64,000 nt of DNA, taken from Klebsiella phage phiKp_32. The translations under genes were made by a program, and so were the position numbers. Shown piece after piece: positions 37,321 to 47,865 of the stretch (the stretch's first letter is position 1; each line of letters begins with the position of its first letter). The notes beneath the pieces were generated by a model. That model searched no databases. It had not been told where the DNA came from and worked only from the letters and a program-made list of their open reading frames with translations. Location of the stretch: sequence record LC768500.1; one strand, 5' to 3'.

Positions 37321-38858
37321 CCCATGAAGTCAAAGTCAGGTTGAGATTCGCCGTTTTCGTCTAACATGTGTTTAAAGGATTTCTTACCAGCGCACTTGGT
37401 ATTGATATCGTGAACTAACCCTAACACTGGATCGAGTGGATAGACCCAGAATCTTTCCGATAGAGGAGAACCTTCCCCTCTCATTTTAGACAGGTTTACT
37501 GTCCAGTAAGCTTTGTCGTCCACTGTTTTTGCAACATGCACTGTGATAACGCCATCACATTCGTTCGTTAATTTAGTCGAGCCTTCAGTCATGGACTTCC
37601 CGCCGACTTCTTTAGCGAAAGTCAGTTCTGCGTCGTCGTCTGATTCACGTAAGAACTTTTTAGCCTCTGGAGATAACTGGTGGGGTGTACAGAAACAAAT
37701 ACCGTGATTGACGATGAACCCACGGACACGCTTGTACAGGTCTTGTAAGCGATCAGAGCGAGATTCCCCAGAAGTCCCCTTGAGGTTAGCCATCCCTAAG
37801 TAATCGTAAGCCCAGAAAATGATTTCGTGACCCTTCATCTGTAACTTACGAATACGGTCAGTCATCTCATAATAGTTATCATTGACGGGATCGACTCGGT
37901 TCATGATTAAGAACCAGCCATTCTTCCTAAAACCGTCTGCGATAACTTGAGCGATGGTTTCAGGAAGCTCGTTCTTGAAGTCCCCTTGATGACCGAACTG
38001 GTTAACCATGATGAGTTTATACATACGCTCTATAATGATGTCTAACGCATCCTCAGCGGAATCCAGTACGATGGTAGGTATCTTAGATTTATCACGCAGC
38101 AGAGGTTTATTGTAGAGGCCCATCGACGCTACGATATGCCCCATGGTCAAGCTCTTACCCCTGTTTGTTAACGCCTCCCACATATAGAACTTGGAGCGAC
38201 GCAACCCATTATCGGGATATAGCGCTTTGTTTAGTCCCTGAAGACCTGTCTTTAACACACCTTCTTCCGACGATTCGATTTTAGCACGTTCAATGATATT
38301 AACGATGCCACTCAAATCGTCTGTATTGACTTCTTCTACCAAAGCGACGTTCTTATCAGCCAATACAGCTTCCGTCAATTTGGTTTCAATCATGTCGGCT
38401 ATTTTAGCCCAAGTGGTTTTATCCGTTTTACTCGGGTCGCCAAAATAAAGTTCTTTAATTTCGTTCTTAAAATCTTTATTGAACTTATCGTCACCAACTG
38501 CTTTTTTGACTTCTTGAATATGACGATAAATAATCTGCCGTGTTCTTTCTTCGCTAGGGTAGTCTTCTAATCCTGCTTCAATAGCTTTGGCTAACTCAGG
38601 TGCGTCTTTCATAAAGTCCATTACTCGTTGAGTGAGCAATGATTTTATGATCGGCTCATCTTCGGGTTGAGCTAAAATCCAGTCGATGGTATCGCGAATA
38701 GCGGTTTCTATTTTCTTATCCTGCGTGAACAAGTCGCCTTTAGAAATCGGTATCCCACTCAAAAGATCTTTCGCTTCCCCTAACAGAGTGACGTCTTTTA
38801 TTTTTTTAATTTGGTACATCGCACTGAGAATCTTAACCAGGATCAGTAACGTGCTCAT
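37317..38858 (-). CDS. DnaB-like replicative DNA helicase
   Basis: Walker A is ALTNRGKS. IIFWAYDYLGM matches the DnaB H2 motif (hhhhDYLQLM). GESRSDRLQDLYKRVRGFIVNHGICFCTPHQLSPEAKK matches the DnaB SENRQQE..EISR.LK.LAKEL..PV.ALSQLNR region. RBS is GGAG. Confidence 0.55.
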   Translation of the reverse strand: MSTLLILVKILSAMYQIKKIKDVTLLGEAKDLLSGIPISKGDLFTQDKKIETAIRDTIDWILAQPEDEPIIKSLLTQRVMDFMKDAPELAKAIEAGLEDYPSEERTRQIIYRHIQEVKKAVGDDKFNKDFKNEIKELYFGDPSKTDKTTWAKIADMIETKLTEAVLADKNVALVEEVNTDDLSGIVNIIERAKIESSEEGVLKTGLQGLNKALYPDNGLRRSKFYMWEALTNRGKSLTMGHIVASMGLYNKPLLRDKSKIPTIVLDSAEDALDIIIERMYKLIMVNQFGHQGDFKNELPETIAQVIADGFRKNGWFLIMNRVDPVNDNYYEMTDRIRKLQMKGHEIIFWAYDYLGMANLKGTSGESRSDRLQDLYKRVRGFIVNHGICFCTPHQLSPEAKKFLRESDDDAELTFAKEVGGKSMTEGSTKLTNECDGVITVHVAKTVDDKAYWTVNLSKMRGEGSPLSERFWVYPLDPVLGLVHDINTKCAGKKSFKHMLDENGESQPDFDFMG

Positions 38859-38875
38859 TTAAAAACTCCAAGGTG

Positions 38876-39430
38876 ATGATAATGAATTTAATTTTTCAAG
38901 AGTCTCCTGACCGCCACCAGGTATGGTTATTAACTAATGATATGGTGAAAGCGGTTGAGAGATCTCGTATAAGATTCGATCAGTTAAATCGAATCCCAGA
39001 ATATCGAGATCGTTTTGCGGAATCCGATATTATTGCTATTGCTGTTTTACAATACAGCATGAGCCTTAAATTGGGTCGTCCGCTCCAGGACGTGTTTGAT
39101 CCAGACGCTTATGTGGGTGACGAAGGACTTGTCCTCAAGAGTAAGATTAGCAATGTATTAGCAGAACTCCCTCGTCTGACTGTAATAGCGGCGCTGAGTA
39201 ATCCTGCTCGTTATTACATTAAGAAAGTGGGCAATGACATTATTTTATGTCAAGGTGAGCTGGTTAAACCAGACACTAGCTGGACTGAGCTAAACGAATC
39301 TCTCTTCACTCACGCATTATTAAAAGGGATTTATAGCCAATACGGCTACCATCAATTGCATTTCCGAGAATTGAACCGACCGCAACGAGATAGCTTTACG
39401 TTAGCCGACGTTCTCCGCGTATTGTCTTAA
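38876..39430 (+). CDS. hypothetical protein
   Basis: ORF with an AGGTG RBS, immediately upstream of the capsid gene. Confidence 0.4.
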   Translation: MIMNLIFQESPDRHQVWLLTNDMVKAVERSRIRFDQLNRIPEYRDRFAESDIIAIAVLQYSMSLKLGRPLQDVFDPDAYVGDEGLVLKSKISNVLAELPRLTVIAALSNPARYYIKKVGNDIILCQGELVKPDTSWTELNESLFTHALLKGIYSQYGYHQLHFRELNRPQRDSFTLADVLRVLS

Positions 39431-39518
39431 TCCCTGATGCATAAGGGGTTAAGTACATTTTATGTACTAGTGCCGTAAACAAATATTTGTTTAAAGCTTT
39501 GAATAAAGGAAATTATCG

Positions 39519-41705
39519 ATGAAGCGTACAATTAACGTCCGCAAAGGCTCCACCGCTGTAAAACCCCTGAACCTCGCGATGAGCGACATGTTTAGTCAGG
39601 GCGGCTTTAAATCTTTTACTGGTGTTGAAAACCTGGATACTGCGACCGACCAGTTCAATGCCATGTTTGCTGGCACCGAGTCACTGGCTAACGGTATTAG
39701 CCCAGAGTCTTCCAAACTGCTCAGCAACCTGACCAACTCTCAGCGTTTCGCGACCATCTCCAGCATCGCGTCGATGCAAAATGCGTTCCCGACCATTGAT
39801 CGTCGCCTGGCTGACTTCGCCGGTACCGAAGGTTTCTCAATGGCGCAGTTTGCTGGTGAGTCCGCTAAAGTTAAAGGCGTGAACATCACTCTGAACGCCC
39901 TGTCTCACCGTCAGACTGACGCTGCTGAAGCGCTATTCACAACCGTCACCATCCCGTACGCTGATGAGTACCTGGAGTTCTCCGTGCGTACTGCCGGCCT
40001 GGGTCGTTACATCTACGGTGCTGCTGCTGGCGAACGTGCTTCTGAGCTGGTACCGGTAATGAGCCTGATCCGCAAAGGTAAAGCCTTCATGGCTGATACC
40101 CTGCGCATGTATCCGGTTTATCCGACCGACTCGGCTGACCCGAACCGTAAATACTTCATGGCTGAGTCTGTATCTGCTGCTACCGAAGCCACTTACGACA
40201 GCGCCGATCCGCTGAACCGTCAAGCTCACAAGACCCAATACCTGAAAGTTCCGGTATCCGTACCGAACCTGGTTGGTCTGTCTGAAGCCCCGGGTCAGAA
40301 CCCGTTCGAAACTTCTGATGAAGTTGAATCCAACTCCATCCAGATGACCAACGTCGCACTGACCGCCAACGTCGGCGCTTCCGGCTCTGCTACCGCAGTT
40401 GTACTGCGTATGCCGACCGTGAACATGTCTCAGGCGCATTTCGGTATCGCTGCAATGGGTGCTTCTTCTGACGATCGTCAGATGGACTTCCAGGTACAGG
40501 GTCTGCCGGCGTCTGCACTGTTCAACATCGGTAGCGATACTGTTACCACCGCACTGGATGCACTGAAAGCGAATGGCGCTCAGCCGTTCTTCTCTCTGAG
40601 CATCACCGGTACTTACCAGCGTCAGACCAATACCCTGAAAATCCAGGGCGGTTCTTTCGAACTGGAGTACATCAAAGATGCGGCTGGCAACAAACATCTG
40701 CCGACCACTTCCAGCGCAACGATCAAAGCTCTGTTCGGCCTGTTCAATGATGGCGAAATCGCCGGTGTTGAACTGCGTTACAACCACACCAACATCAACC
40801 GCGTGAACTTCGGTTACCGTGTTGAAGTGTTTGACGCACGTAAAACTCTGACCACTCATCGTCAGACTCCGATCTCTGTTCGCTACCCGGTCAGCAAAGA
40901 AGATACCAATGAGGAATCTCTGAGCTACGCGATCGATCAGATGGCGATCATCCTGAACGCACAGACCACCGCAAACGCGTTTACCAAAGCTGAAGAGCAC
41001 GTTGATTACGTGACCTCCATCAACGGTTCGGCAATCGTGGGTAACGAGCAGGCGTCCAACGTCCTGGCCGGTATGCACTATGCTAACGCTGCGGCGATCA
41101 ACCGTACCCTGAAACTGGCTGACATCGTGTCTACCCAGGATAGCGTCGGTGTGGTCGACAACATCTCTGCGGCACTGTGCAACACCCTGAGCGAAATGGC
41201 AGCAGCGCTGGCCACTAACTCCGGTCTGGCTGCTATTGCCGAATACACCCGTGAAAAACTGAAATGGCAGGTTGTTGCCCATCAGAACATGGGTCGTTAC
41301 CTGATGCGTTCTGGCGACGCTCGTACTATGGGTGCGTATACCGACTTCGCGGTTGAACTGACTAACGTCGAAACCATGATCGGTAAATTCTACCTGGTAC
41401 CGCAGTCCGAAACCGACGGCAACACCATCGACCCGCTGGGTGGCATGGGTGTCTGCGTTGATAAAGAGCACGTTGTTGTTCAGGGTGACGTAACCCGTAC
41501 TGATCGTCAGTTCGGTATCCTGATGACCATGCCGATCTTCCAACACCACTCCGTGTGTCCGATCGTCGGCGTACTGACCGTTGAAGACGCGGTACTGGCT
41601 CTGAACGACGAAGGCCTGATCGACGCTCTGGCTAAACAGCGCGTTGTGGTTAACGGCGTTGTACAGTCTAAAGCCGGCACTGTAGACGACGGTAAGCTGC
41701 CGTAA
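39519..41705 (+). CDS. major capsid protein (phiKZ-type, 728 aa, with N-terminal propeptide)
   Basis: Most host-codon-optimised gene in the window: near-exclusive CTG/CGT/GGT/GCT/AAA/GAA use and a 538-aa artefactual antisense ORF. Size matches the 730-750-aa capsid proteins of phiKZ-like jumbo phages. The N-terminal region has candidate protease sites (AAGE, ASE). A strong terminator follows. Confidence 0.6.
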   Translation: MKRTINVRKGSTAVKPLNLAMSDMFSQGGFKSFTGVENLDTATDQFNAMFAGTESLANGISPESSKLLSNLTNSQRFATISSIASMQNAFPTIDRRLADFAGTEGFSMAQFAGESAKVKGVNITLNALSHRQTDAAEALFTTVTIPYADEYLEFSVRTAGLGRYIYGAAAGERASELVPVMSLIRKGKAFMADTLRMYPVYPTDSADPNRKYFMAESVSAATEATYDSADPLNRQAHKTQYLKVPVSVPNLVGLSEAPGQNPFETSDEVESNSIQMTNVALTANVGASGSATAVVLRMPTVNMSQAHFGIAAMGASSDDRQMDFQVQGLPASALFNIGSDTVTTALDALKANGAQPFFSLSITGTYQRQTNTLKIQGGSFELEYIKDAAGNKHLPTTSSATIKALFGLFNDGEIAGVELRYNHTNINRVNFGYRVEVFDARKTLTTHRQTPISVRYPVSKEDTNEESLSYAIDQMAIILNAQTTANAFTKAEEHVDYVTSINGSAIVGNEQASNVLAGMHYANAAAINRTLKLADIVSTQDSVGVVDNISAALCNTLSEMAAALATNSGLAAIAEYTREKLKWQVVAHQNMGRYLMRSGDARTMGAYTDFAVELTNVETMIGKFYLVPQSETDGNTIDPLGGMGVCVDKEHVVVQGDVTRTDRQFGILMTMPIFQHHSVCPIVGVLTVEDAVLALNDEGLIDALAKQRVVVNGVVQSKAGTVDDGKLP

Positions 41706-41728
41706 GCAACATTAGCACTGTGAAATAA

Positions 41729-41790
41729 TAACCCCCTACCCCGTTAAGGGTAGGGGGTTATACTTCGTCTTCTTAAATTTTTTAAGGACT
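41729..41790 (+). terminator. rho-independent terminator
   Basis: 13-bp stem TAACCCCCTACCC-CGTTAA-GGGTAGGGGGTTA, followed by a T-rich tract. Confidence 0.7.
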
Positions 41791-41884
41791 ATATTATCTC
41801 TGGGTAAAGGGTTGGTATAAGGGACCGCGCATCCCATACCAGATGAAGCTCTAGTCTAAAAATAAACCTTAAGGAAATTAACAA

Positions 41885-42907
41885 ATGAGTCTTTCGTCTT
41901 ACGGCACACAAAATGCCTTATCTTATCAGTTATTTAATAACACGAGTAAAGAGCTCTTGCTACGTAATAATGGCGGAATGAACAATATTATATCCGCGTG
42001 TCCTAAAAGCGGGTATAATAACACTATTGTTCTGCGGGTTACGCTTACTGTACATAATGTTCACAATGTATTATTCGATTTGGAAGGCATGACCAACGCT
42101 TTGGATAGGGAGATCGCAACTGAATTCATCACTCAGTTAAATGCCCGTAAGAAGAACGACTTTGTTTATTTAGAAATTAACGATACCATTTGTATGACAC
42201 ACACCGTCACCCTAGGGCAACGTCACGCGAGTGGATTAAAAAATGAAATTAAAAGTGACCTGCTCAATTTCACTTTAAGTCAAGAGGTCAATAAGTATAA
42301 AGACAGATTCGTTGGTAAGACCGCAACCGCGATCACCCAAGAGATAAAAAATGATTTAACTGAAGAAGAATCAGAAAACCTCATTGTGTGTATGAGGGTC
42401 AATGATCCTCTTTCCATTGTGAATAATCTCTGGACCACGGCGGGCGGTGAAGCGGTTTTGATACCGAAAACTACCAATGAAGACGAACCAGCAGGCCTGT
42501 ATATTGTGAAAGGTCGTAACGCTTATAACCGTGGAAGTGAATATCATGATATCGCTAAGTGCAGTAAGGAATTCCTTAACGCACTAGGGGTTTATCATAG
42601 TAAACACGAAGCCGATATTGGCGGTAACAGTAAATTGTTACACGACCTTACATCTAAAGTATCAGAAATGAAGAAATCCACTGAGAAAGCTCAACGGGAA
42701 CTAAACACCGCAGAAGTTAAAGCAACCACTCTAAATAATCGGTTGGAGCATGCAAAGATGGTGCAACTGTTCGATAAAGAACGGGCTAAGTTCAAGGAAG
42801 ATATATCCAAAAGCGCGAATACCGGTAGTGGATGGGGGGATGCATTTAAATCTGCAGGGGGGTTCTTGTCGACGCTGTTCTCGATATTTAAACTCCTTCC
42901 CATTTAA
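41885..42907 (+). CDS. hypothetical protein with C-terminal coiled coil
   Basis: ORF with an AAGGAA RBS. Confidence 0.45.
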   Translation: MSLSSYGTQNALSYQLFNNTSKELLLRNNGGMNNIISACPKSGYNNTIVLRVTLTVHNVHNVLFDLEGMTNALDREIATEFITQLNARKKNDFVYLEINDTICMTHTVTLGQRHASGLKNEIKSDLLNFTLSQEVNKYKDRFVGKTATAITQEIKNDLTEEESENLIVCMRVNDPLSIVNNLWTTAGGEAVLIPKTTNEDEPAGLYIVKGRNAYNRGSEYHDIAKCSKEFLNALGVYHSKHEADIGGNSKLLHDLTSKVSEMKKSTEKAQRELNTAEVKATTLNNRLEHAKMVQLFDKERAKFKEDISKSANTGSGWGDAFKSAGGFLSTLFSIFKLLPI

Positions 42908-42918
42908 CAAGGTGCGAC

Positions 42919-44589
42919 ATGGATCCTAAGTTACTGAAAGCGGTATCGGCTACGATGCCTAAGTTTAATGAAACGATAGCTTCAGGTTTCCATCAACGAG
43001 AATTTGAGCAAATACATAAACGTTATGAATATCTTTTAAGAATGACGTTTGAACCCATTGAAAAGAAAGGAGTATGGTTTGTTGGCGTCAGGTCGGTACG
43101 ACCTCATGAAATGTATAACGTCATCGCGAAGAACACACAGCAGAAAACCTTTGAAACAAACAAAGAAAGTCTTTATCCGGTTAAGCTCGTCTTTAAATAC
43201 GGGATGGATAAAAACACTGCCAGGGAGATGGATCCTGTTTACGTACTGCTCCCGTTCTGTGATCGGTATGGGGACGTTTGGATCAGGGGAAGCCAATACA
43301 GCCTACAGATAGTCCTGGCTGACCGAGGATTGAGCGTCACTAAAGACGATCAGATCTTCGTAAGACTCCTGGGATATAAATTCAAAGTAGGAACTGAGCA
43401 ATATGAATACACTCAGATCCACAATGAAATAAATCCTGTCAGGGAAACCAACCTTCCTATCAACCTTCCGGCTAACCGCTTCTACGTGGCCAGTGAAGCA
43501 CGTCGTCCAAACCCAACTAAAACACCCACACCTTTATTGGCGTGGTATGTGTTTGCGGAGTATGGTTTTAGCGAAACCATGCGTAAGTTCGGGGAATGCG
43601 ATTATGCGATAGGTGATCGTGATGCGATCATTCAGCAATATAGTGAAGATAAGGGTTGGAAGCTGTTTGGTAGTAAAGGATTGGCGATTGGTAAAAGTAT
43701 CACGCCATATGTGAATTGCGGGTTAGCTATAGCGGCTAAACCATTAAACGAAAAACGAAGAGGGGAAATACCTAACGTTGCACAACAGTATATTGCGGCA
43801 TTGCTTTATCTGTGTGATGTTGGCGGAGAATTTATTGATTTGGATAAACTCGACGATAAATATTTTTGGCGTATGATGGTCGGACACGCCAGTATTAAAG
43901 CCGGAGGAAATCTCACCCATTTGGAAAAACAGATGGCGGATCACTTCGATTCCATGAACGAAGGTTTAGACCAAACAAGTATCCAACGATTCGCTGAGCA
44001 ACGAATTGTGGTTAAAGATCGTTATGAATTGTTTAATTACATCATAGCGAATCGGGCTGAAATCGTTAAGACTTCCGATAAAGCCAATATGTTACATAAA
44101 GAAATTAGTTCTAGTGAGTTCACATTAGACAAACTGATTACTGCGGCTAACCGCTTTAAACACGATGTCAAAAACACAACAGAACTCAACTATGAACGTG
44201 TTAAGTCATTCATGTCATCTCATTTCAAATTACGCGATATCGAATCGGCTGCTTGGGAATCTAACATGATCCAAGAAGCTACGCCGACAGATTGCCCTAT
44301 CGCCGATTATGGCTTTGGGGTGATGTCTCAGGCGAAAGTGTTCGGTCCTCGTAATAACGGGAGAAACAGTGACTTTAACCCTAACGATCCCGCTAACTGC
44401 ATACATGGCTCTGTACCTTTTGTGATGAGTTTCCAACGGGTAACTAAACCCGACCCAAACGCTTGCGGATTCTTAGCCCCCTGCGTGTATTTGATCAACG
44501 ACAAATACTTGGGACTCAGACCAGAAGATGTGGAACTGTACGAAGCCACTGTGAGCAGACTTACTAAGTCTGAGGTTAAAATTAAATGA
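42919..44589 (+). CDS. hypothetical protein (556 aa)
   Basis: ORF. Confidence 0.45.
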   Translation: MDPKLLKAVSATMPKFNETIASGFHQREFEQIHKRYEYLLRMTFEPIEKKGVWFVGVRSVRPHEMYNVIAKNTQQKTFETNKESLYPVKLVFKYGMDKNTAREMDPVYVLLPFCDRYGDVWIRGSQYSLQIVLADRGLSVTKDDQIFVRLLGYKFKVGTEQYEYTQIHNEINPVRETNLPINLPANRFYVASEARRPNPTKTPTPLLAWYVFAEYGFSETMRKFGECDYAIGDRDAIIQQYSEDKGWKLFGSKGLAIGKSITPYVNCGLAIAAKPLNEKRRGEIPNVAQQYIAALLYLCDVGGEFIDLDKLDDKYFWRMMVGHASIKAGGNLTHLEKQMADHFDSMNEGLDQTSIQRFAEQRIVVKDRYELFNYIIANRAEIVKTSDKANMLHKEISSSEFTLDKLITAANRFKHDVKNTTELNYERVKSFMSSHFKLRDIESAAWESNMIQEATPTDCPIADYGFGVMSQAKVFGPRNNGRNSDFNPNDPANCIHGSVPFVMSFQRVTKPDPNACGFLAPCVYLINDKYLGLRPEDVELYEATVSRLTKSEVKIK

Positions 44590-46979
44590 GCAGCATTCGC
44601 CCTACCAATCGCGGTAATGGAGTGAGTATTCCTAACGAAGATCCGAGCATGGGTAATGGTTTCGGTTCACTGGCTACAGGAATGCAACAAAATAGCATGT
44701 ACGGTCAACCGCAACAAATGTTTGATCCGTCTGCGATGATGAAAATGATTTCAACAGGAGGCATGAGCAATAACCCAGCCTCCGGCGGTTGGGATTGGTC
44801 GAACGTAGATAGGCCGAAGAACCCTAATGCTGCATTCTTGGATGAGTTTTTAGGGCATCAGGAAGATGAACTCGAGCACGCGTTGAAAATGGAAGCGCAA
44901 GCTTACGCAACTAAATTCGCAGCGCGTATTATCAACGACATTAAAACGAGAAACACAAGCGGGTATTATAAGTTCTTCCTTAACGCGTATAATATCTTTG
45001 CACTGGTCCCTGACGCCCCTCCTATGATGTGTCCTATCAGGGGGCGGTTCATAGAGGTTATCAAGAATACTCAGGCGGCGCAGTTGCGTATTGCGGGTCG
45101 TGGTGTGACATTCGGTGGTCGTGATTTCGCTTTACAGATCATGGCGCAGAATCCACTTGATCAACGTCTGGTAGAAAACCTCTTCAGTACTGGTATTGCG
45201 AACGCCATGTTTTTAGAAATGGTGGATTGGTTTGCTAAAACGGCTGATGGCAGAGACGCATATAGCAAGCTAACTAATGAACTTAAGTTGACATTGACTA
45301 AATTACCTAAGTTCATTACTTACGCAGCGGAATGCTTCCAGTTCTTCAATATGGATAGCCCGTATAATGACCTGAGTCCAGTCCCTAAAACTTCCCCAAA
45401 CCCAGATCAGAACATGAGTCAGTATGTGGTCAGATCGACGTCAGGGAGCGGAGCGGAGTGGTTAGGGTTCCAGCATTCTACAGAATCTCAACAGCAGAAG
45501 GAGATCCGAGAGATCAATGAATGGGTAGCGAATAATCTTCGTCATCGCCAAGAGTTCCAATATCAACAGGCTCAACAACAAACTCCCGACGCAGCGTATT
45601 GGTCTGGACAGCAGCCACAACAACAGTATAGCTTTGGTGAGCTTCATACTAAACGTGTTGATTTCGAAAACGTCAATCCCGATAACGTGGCGGATTTCTC
45701 TTTAGAGAACTTCAAACGCATCCCAGGGACCGATAAATACGTTGTTGATGAAACCACTTGGAGTTATTTCTCCAAGGCATTCAAACGGGCTTATCGTCCT
45801 TATGGTGAACTTTTTGCCGGAACATACGGAATACGAGTCGTCAAGATCAATTTCGAGCTCAACGACGGTTGGGTGGACAATGTTCTGTTTATAGAAGGAG
45901 TGACTCCAGCCATGGCTTTAGCCAACCCAGCGATGCTACTTCCACATCTCGAGACTGACCAGCAAGGCAACGTGGTCATTGTCGATGAAGTGGTCCTACC
46001 AAAAGAGAAGGACGAAGAAACTGGCATTGAAATGGTTCCGTTACAGAAAGTTAAAGTGATGGAACACGCCCCGACAGCGGTTGTTGTTCCCGAGGTTGTC
46101 ACAGGTGATAGCTTTGGAAATATCGAGACCGTAGTCGATACCATGTTTGAAACCGTTAAACCGTCAACATCAGGATTATTCGGTGTCGCGATCCCGGTAG
46201 AGAACTGGAAACGTTTCTTCGTAGAAGACAGTACGATTGTAGAAGAAATCTACCTTCGTTTGCCTTGGCTGATTAAAGGTAACGGCGGCGGTACTCCACC
46301 TACGTTCTTTGATTTCGTTTCCGAGATACAAAAGACGATGGATCATTACATCGGCTGTGATGAACTTCGTGGATTTGTTGAAACTCATATCACTGACACG
46401 GTTAACCGTTGGTTGGTGGATACGAGAGGTTACGGCGGCAATCGTGATGATCAATATCGCTTCAGAATTAATGGGATCTTCAGCAATCTCAGGAATCTGA
46501 TTAATCACTTAGAGAACAACGACCCTGATACGTTCAGCGTTTTGGTTGATCCTAAACGGTTTAAGCGACTCTTCACTAAGTGTAAATTGTTTGCACCGCG
46601 TGAGACGCGTTCAGCGCTCTTGAATGGCGCTCTGCCGAGTTCTCCAACTCAGGCTGCGATAGCTAAAGAAAACGATAAGAAAGCTATGGTTGTCCTTACA
46701 GACGTCGTAGTGACCCGTATCGGCAATATCCTCGCACCTAATACACAAAAGACCGTTATCAACGTAAAACGTTCAGCGTTCCCAGAGATGTTCTCTTTAA
46801 TCGAACGTTCGTTTGGGAAAACCTCCGATCTGTTACCAGAAGGTGTTGAACAGGTACTGTCTTTTGTCAGTGACGATAGTCTTTGGACTTTCAACACATC
46901 AGGATTTGATTCTAATGTCGCTGTTATGCGTAAGGTGGTCAGAACCCAAGGCATGCTTAATTTTAAATTAATTGAATAA
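44586..46979 (+). CDS. hypothetical protein (797 aa) with Q/N/G-rich low-complexity N-terminal region
   Basis: ATGA overlap with the upstream gene. Low-complexity stretches: MQQNSMYGQPQQMFDPSAMM and QQAQQQTPDAAYWSGQQPQQQY. Confidence 0.45.
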   Translation: MSSIRPTNRGNGVSIPNEDPSMGNGFGSLATGMQQNSMYGQPQQMFDPSAMMKMISTGGMSNNPASGGWDWSNVDRPKNPNAAFLDEFLGHQEDELEHALKMEAQAYATKFAARIINDIKTRNTSGYYKFFLNAYNIFALVPDAPPMMCPIRGRFIEVIKNTQAAQLRIAGRGVTFGGRDFALQIMAQNPLDQRLVENLFSTGIANAMFLEMVDWFAKTADGRDAYSKLTNELKLTLTKLPKFITYAAECFQFFNMDSPYNDLSPVPKTSPNPDQNMSQYVVRSTSGSGAEWLGFQHSTESQQQKEIREINEWVANNLRHRQEFQYQQAQQQTPDAAYWSGQQPQQQYSFGELHTKRVDFENVNPDNVADFSLENFKRIPGTDKYVVDETTWSYFSKAFKRAYRPYGELFAGTYGIRVVKINFELNDGWVDNVLFIEGVTPAMALANPAMLLPHLETDQQGNVVIVDEVVLPKEKDEETGIEMVPLQKVKVMEHAPTAVVVPEVVTGDSFGNIETVVDTMFETVKPSTSGLFGVAIPVENWKRFFVEDSTIVEEIYLRLPWLIKGNGGGTPPTFFDFVSEIQKTMDHYIGCDELRGFVETHITDTVNRWLVDTRGYGGNRDDQYRFRINGIFSNLRNLINHLENNDPDTFSVLVDPKRFKRLFTKCKLFAPRETRSALLNGALPSSPTQAAIAKENDKKAMVVLTDVVVTRIGNILAPNTQKTVINVKRSAFPEMFSLIERSFGKTSDLLPEGVEQVLSFVSDDSLWTFNTSGFDSNVAVMRKVVRTQGMLNFKLIE

Positions 46980-47023
46980 CCCCACCATCCTAGAACCATT
47001 TAATCGATTAAGTTGTTAACATC

Positions 47024-47052
47024 GGATATCCTTCCTTAGCGGGAGGGTATCC
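47024..47052 (+). terminator. hairpin (possible weak terminator or RNA processing site)
   Basis: 12-bp stem with two G-U pairs, GGATATCCTTCC-TTAGC-GGGAGGGTATCC. Only a weak T tract follows. Confidence 0.3.
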
Positions 47053-47087
47053 TTTAATAACCATTTCCCACAAAAAAGGAATACGAA

Positions 47088-47723
47088 ATGAATCGTCCAA
47101 TTTTTAAAATTAGTCAGCACGCGCAGTTGTCGATCCCGGCCCTCATCGATGTTACAGAAAATGAAGCGGAATGCTCGTCACTTGTTTACGGCCTCCATCC
47201 TTCCATGACCGGGGTATTCTCTGAACGCCAGAAGGATTCAATGGCAGAGAGTCTTTACCTAATGGGTCAGTACGCCGAAATCATTCCCAGGAATAAGCCG
47301 GAGTGTACGATTGATTATCATCCCATCACTAACGAGCATTACCTTAAATCGTTTAAACATTATTACGAAGCATGGGTTGCTTTGGGTAGAGATGAAGTGG
47401 TGATGCAGGGAGCCACTGTTAGGGTTTCGTCGTTTTTATTATTAAGGACTATGTTCAATGGGGTCATAGGAATTCTACCTTATCTCGACCCCAAAGGACA
47501 TCGGATGCAAGCAAAGGAATACGCTAAATTAGACGATTTGGTTAAACTGACCTACGGCGTGCCCGCTGGGTCATTCTCGGCGACCCCCGATTACCAGGTT
47601 GTTCCTAAAATAGAGGTGCGGGAACAGATCGTGATGAGCTTTACTGACAAATACGGTAACGTCATCACCGTCACCGGAATCGATAGAGAAAAGATGATCG
47701 AACAGATAGAAAAATTAAAGTAA
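47088..47723 (+). CDS. hypothetical protein
   Basis: ORF with an AAAGGAA RBS. Confidence 0.45.
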   Translation: MNRPIFKISQHAQLSIPALIDVTENEAECSSLVYGLHPSMTGVFSERQKDSMAESLYLMGQYAEIIPRNKPECTIDYHPITNEHYLKSFKHYYEAWVALGRDEVVMQGATVRVSSFLLLRTMFNGVIGILPYLDPKGHRMQAKEYAKLDDLVKLTYGVPAGSFSATPDYQVVPKIEVREQIVMSFTDKYGNVITVTGIDREKMIEQIEKLK

Positions 47724-47730
47724 TCGTCTT

Positions 47731-47785
47731 CCCTACCACTCCTTAACTGGGGTGGTAGGGAGTAAGAAAGCTTTAATTTTTTAAC
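47731..47785 (+). terminator. rho-independent terminator
   Basis: 12-bp stem CCCTACCACTCC-TTAACT-GGGGTGGTAGGG, followed by TTTAATTTTTT. Confidence 0.65.
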
Positions 47786-47865
47786 ATGAAGATTTTTATA
47801 AGTCGATATCATTCAGGTGTATAAACAACAAGTATTTTAATTCTTATTCACTAAAGAGGTCCAAA

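Noticed and set aside
39933-41549. 538-aa ORF on the minus strand
   Set aside because: It lies entirely antisense to the capsid gene. It is an artefact of that gene's extreme G/C third-position codon bias, with no RBS or independent signal.
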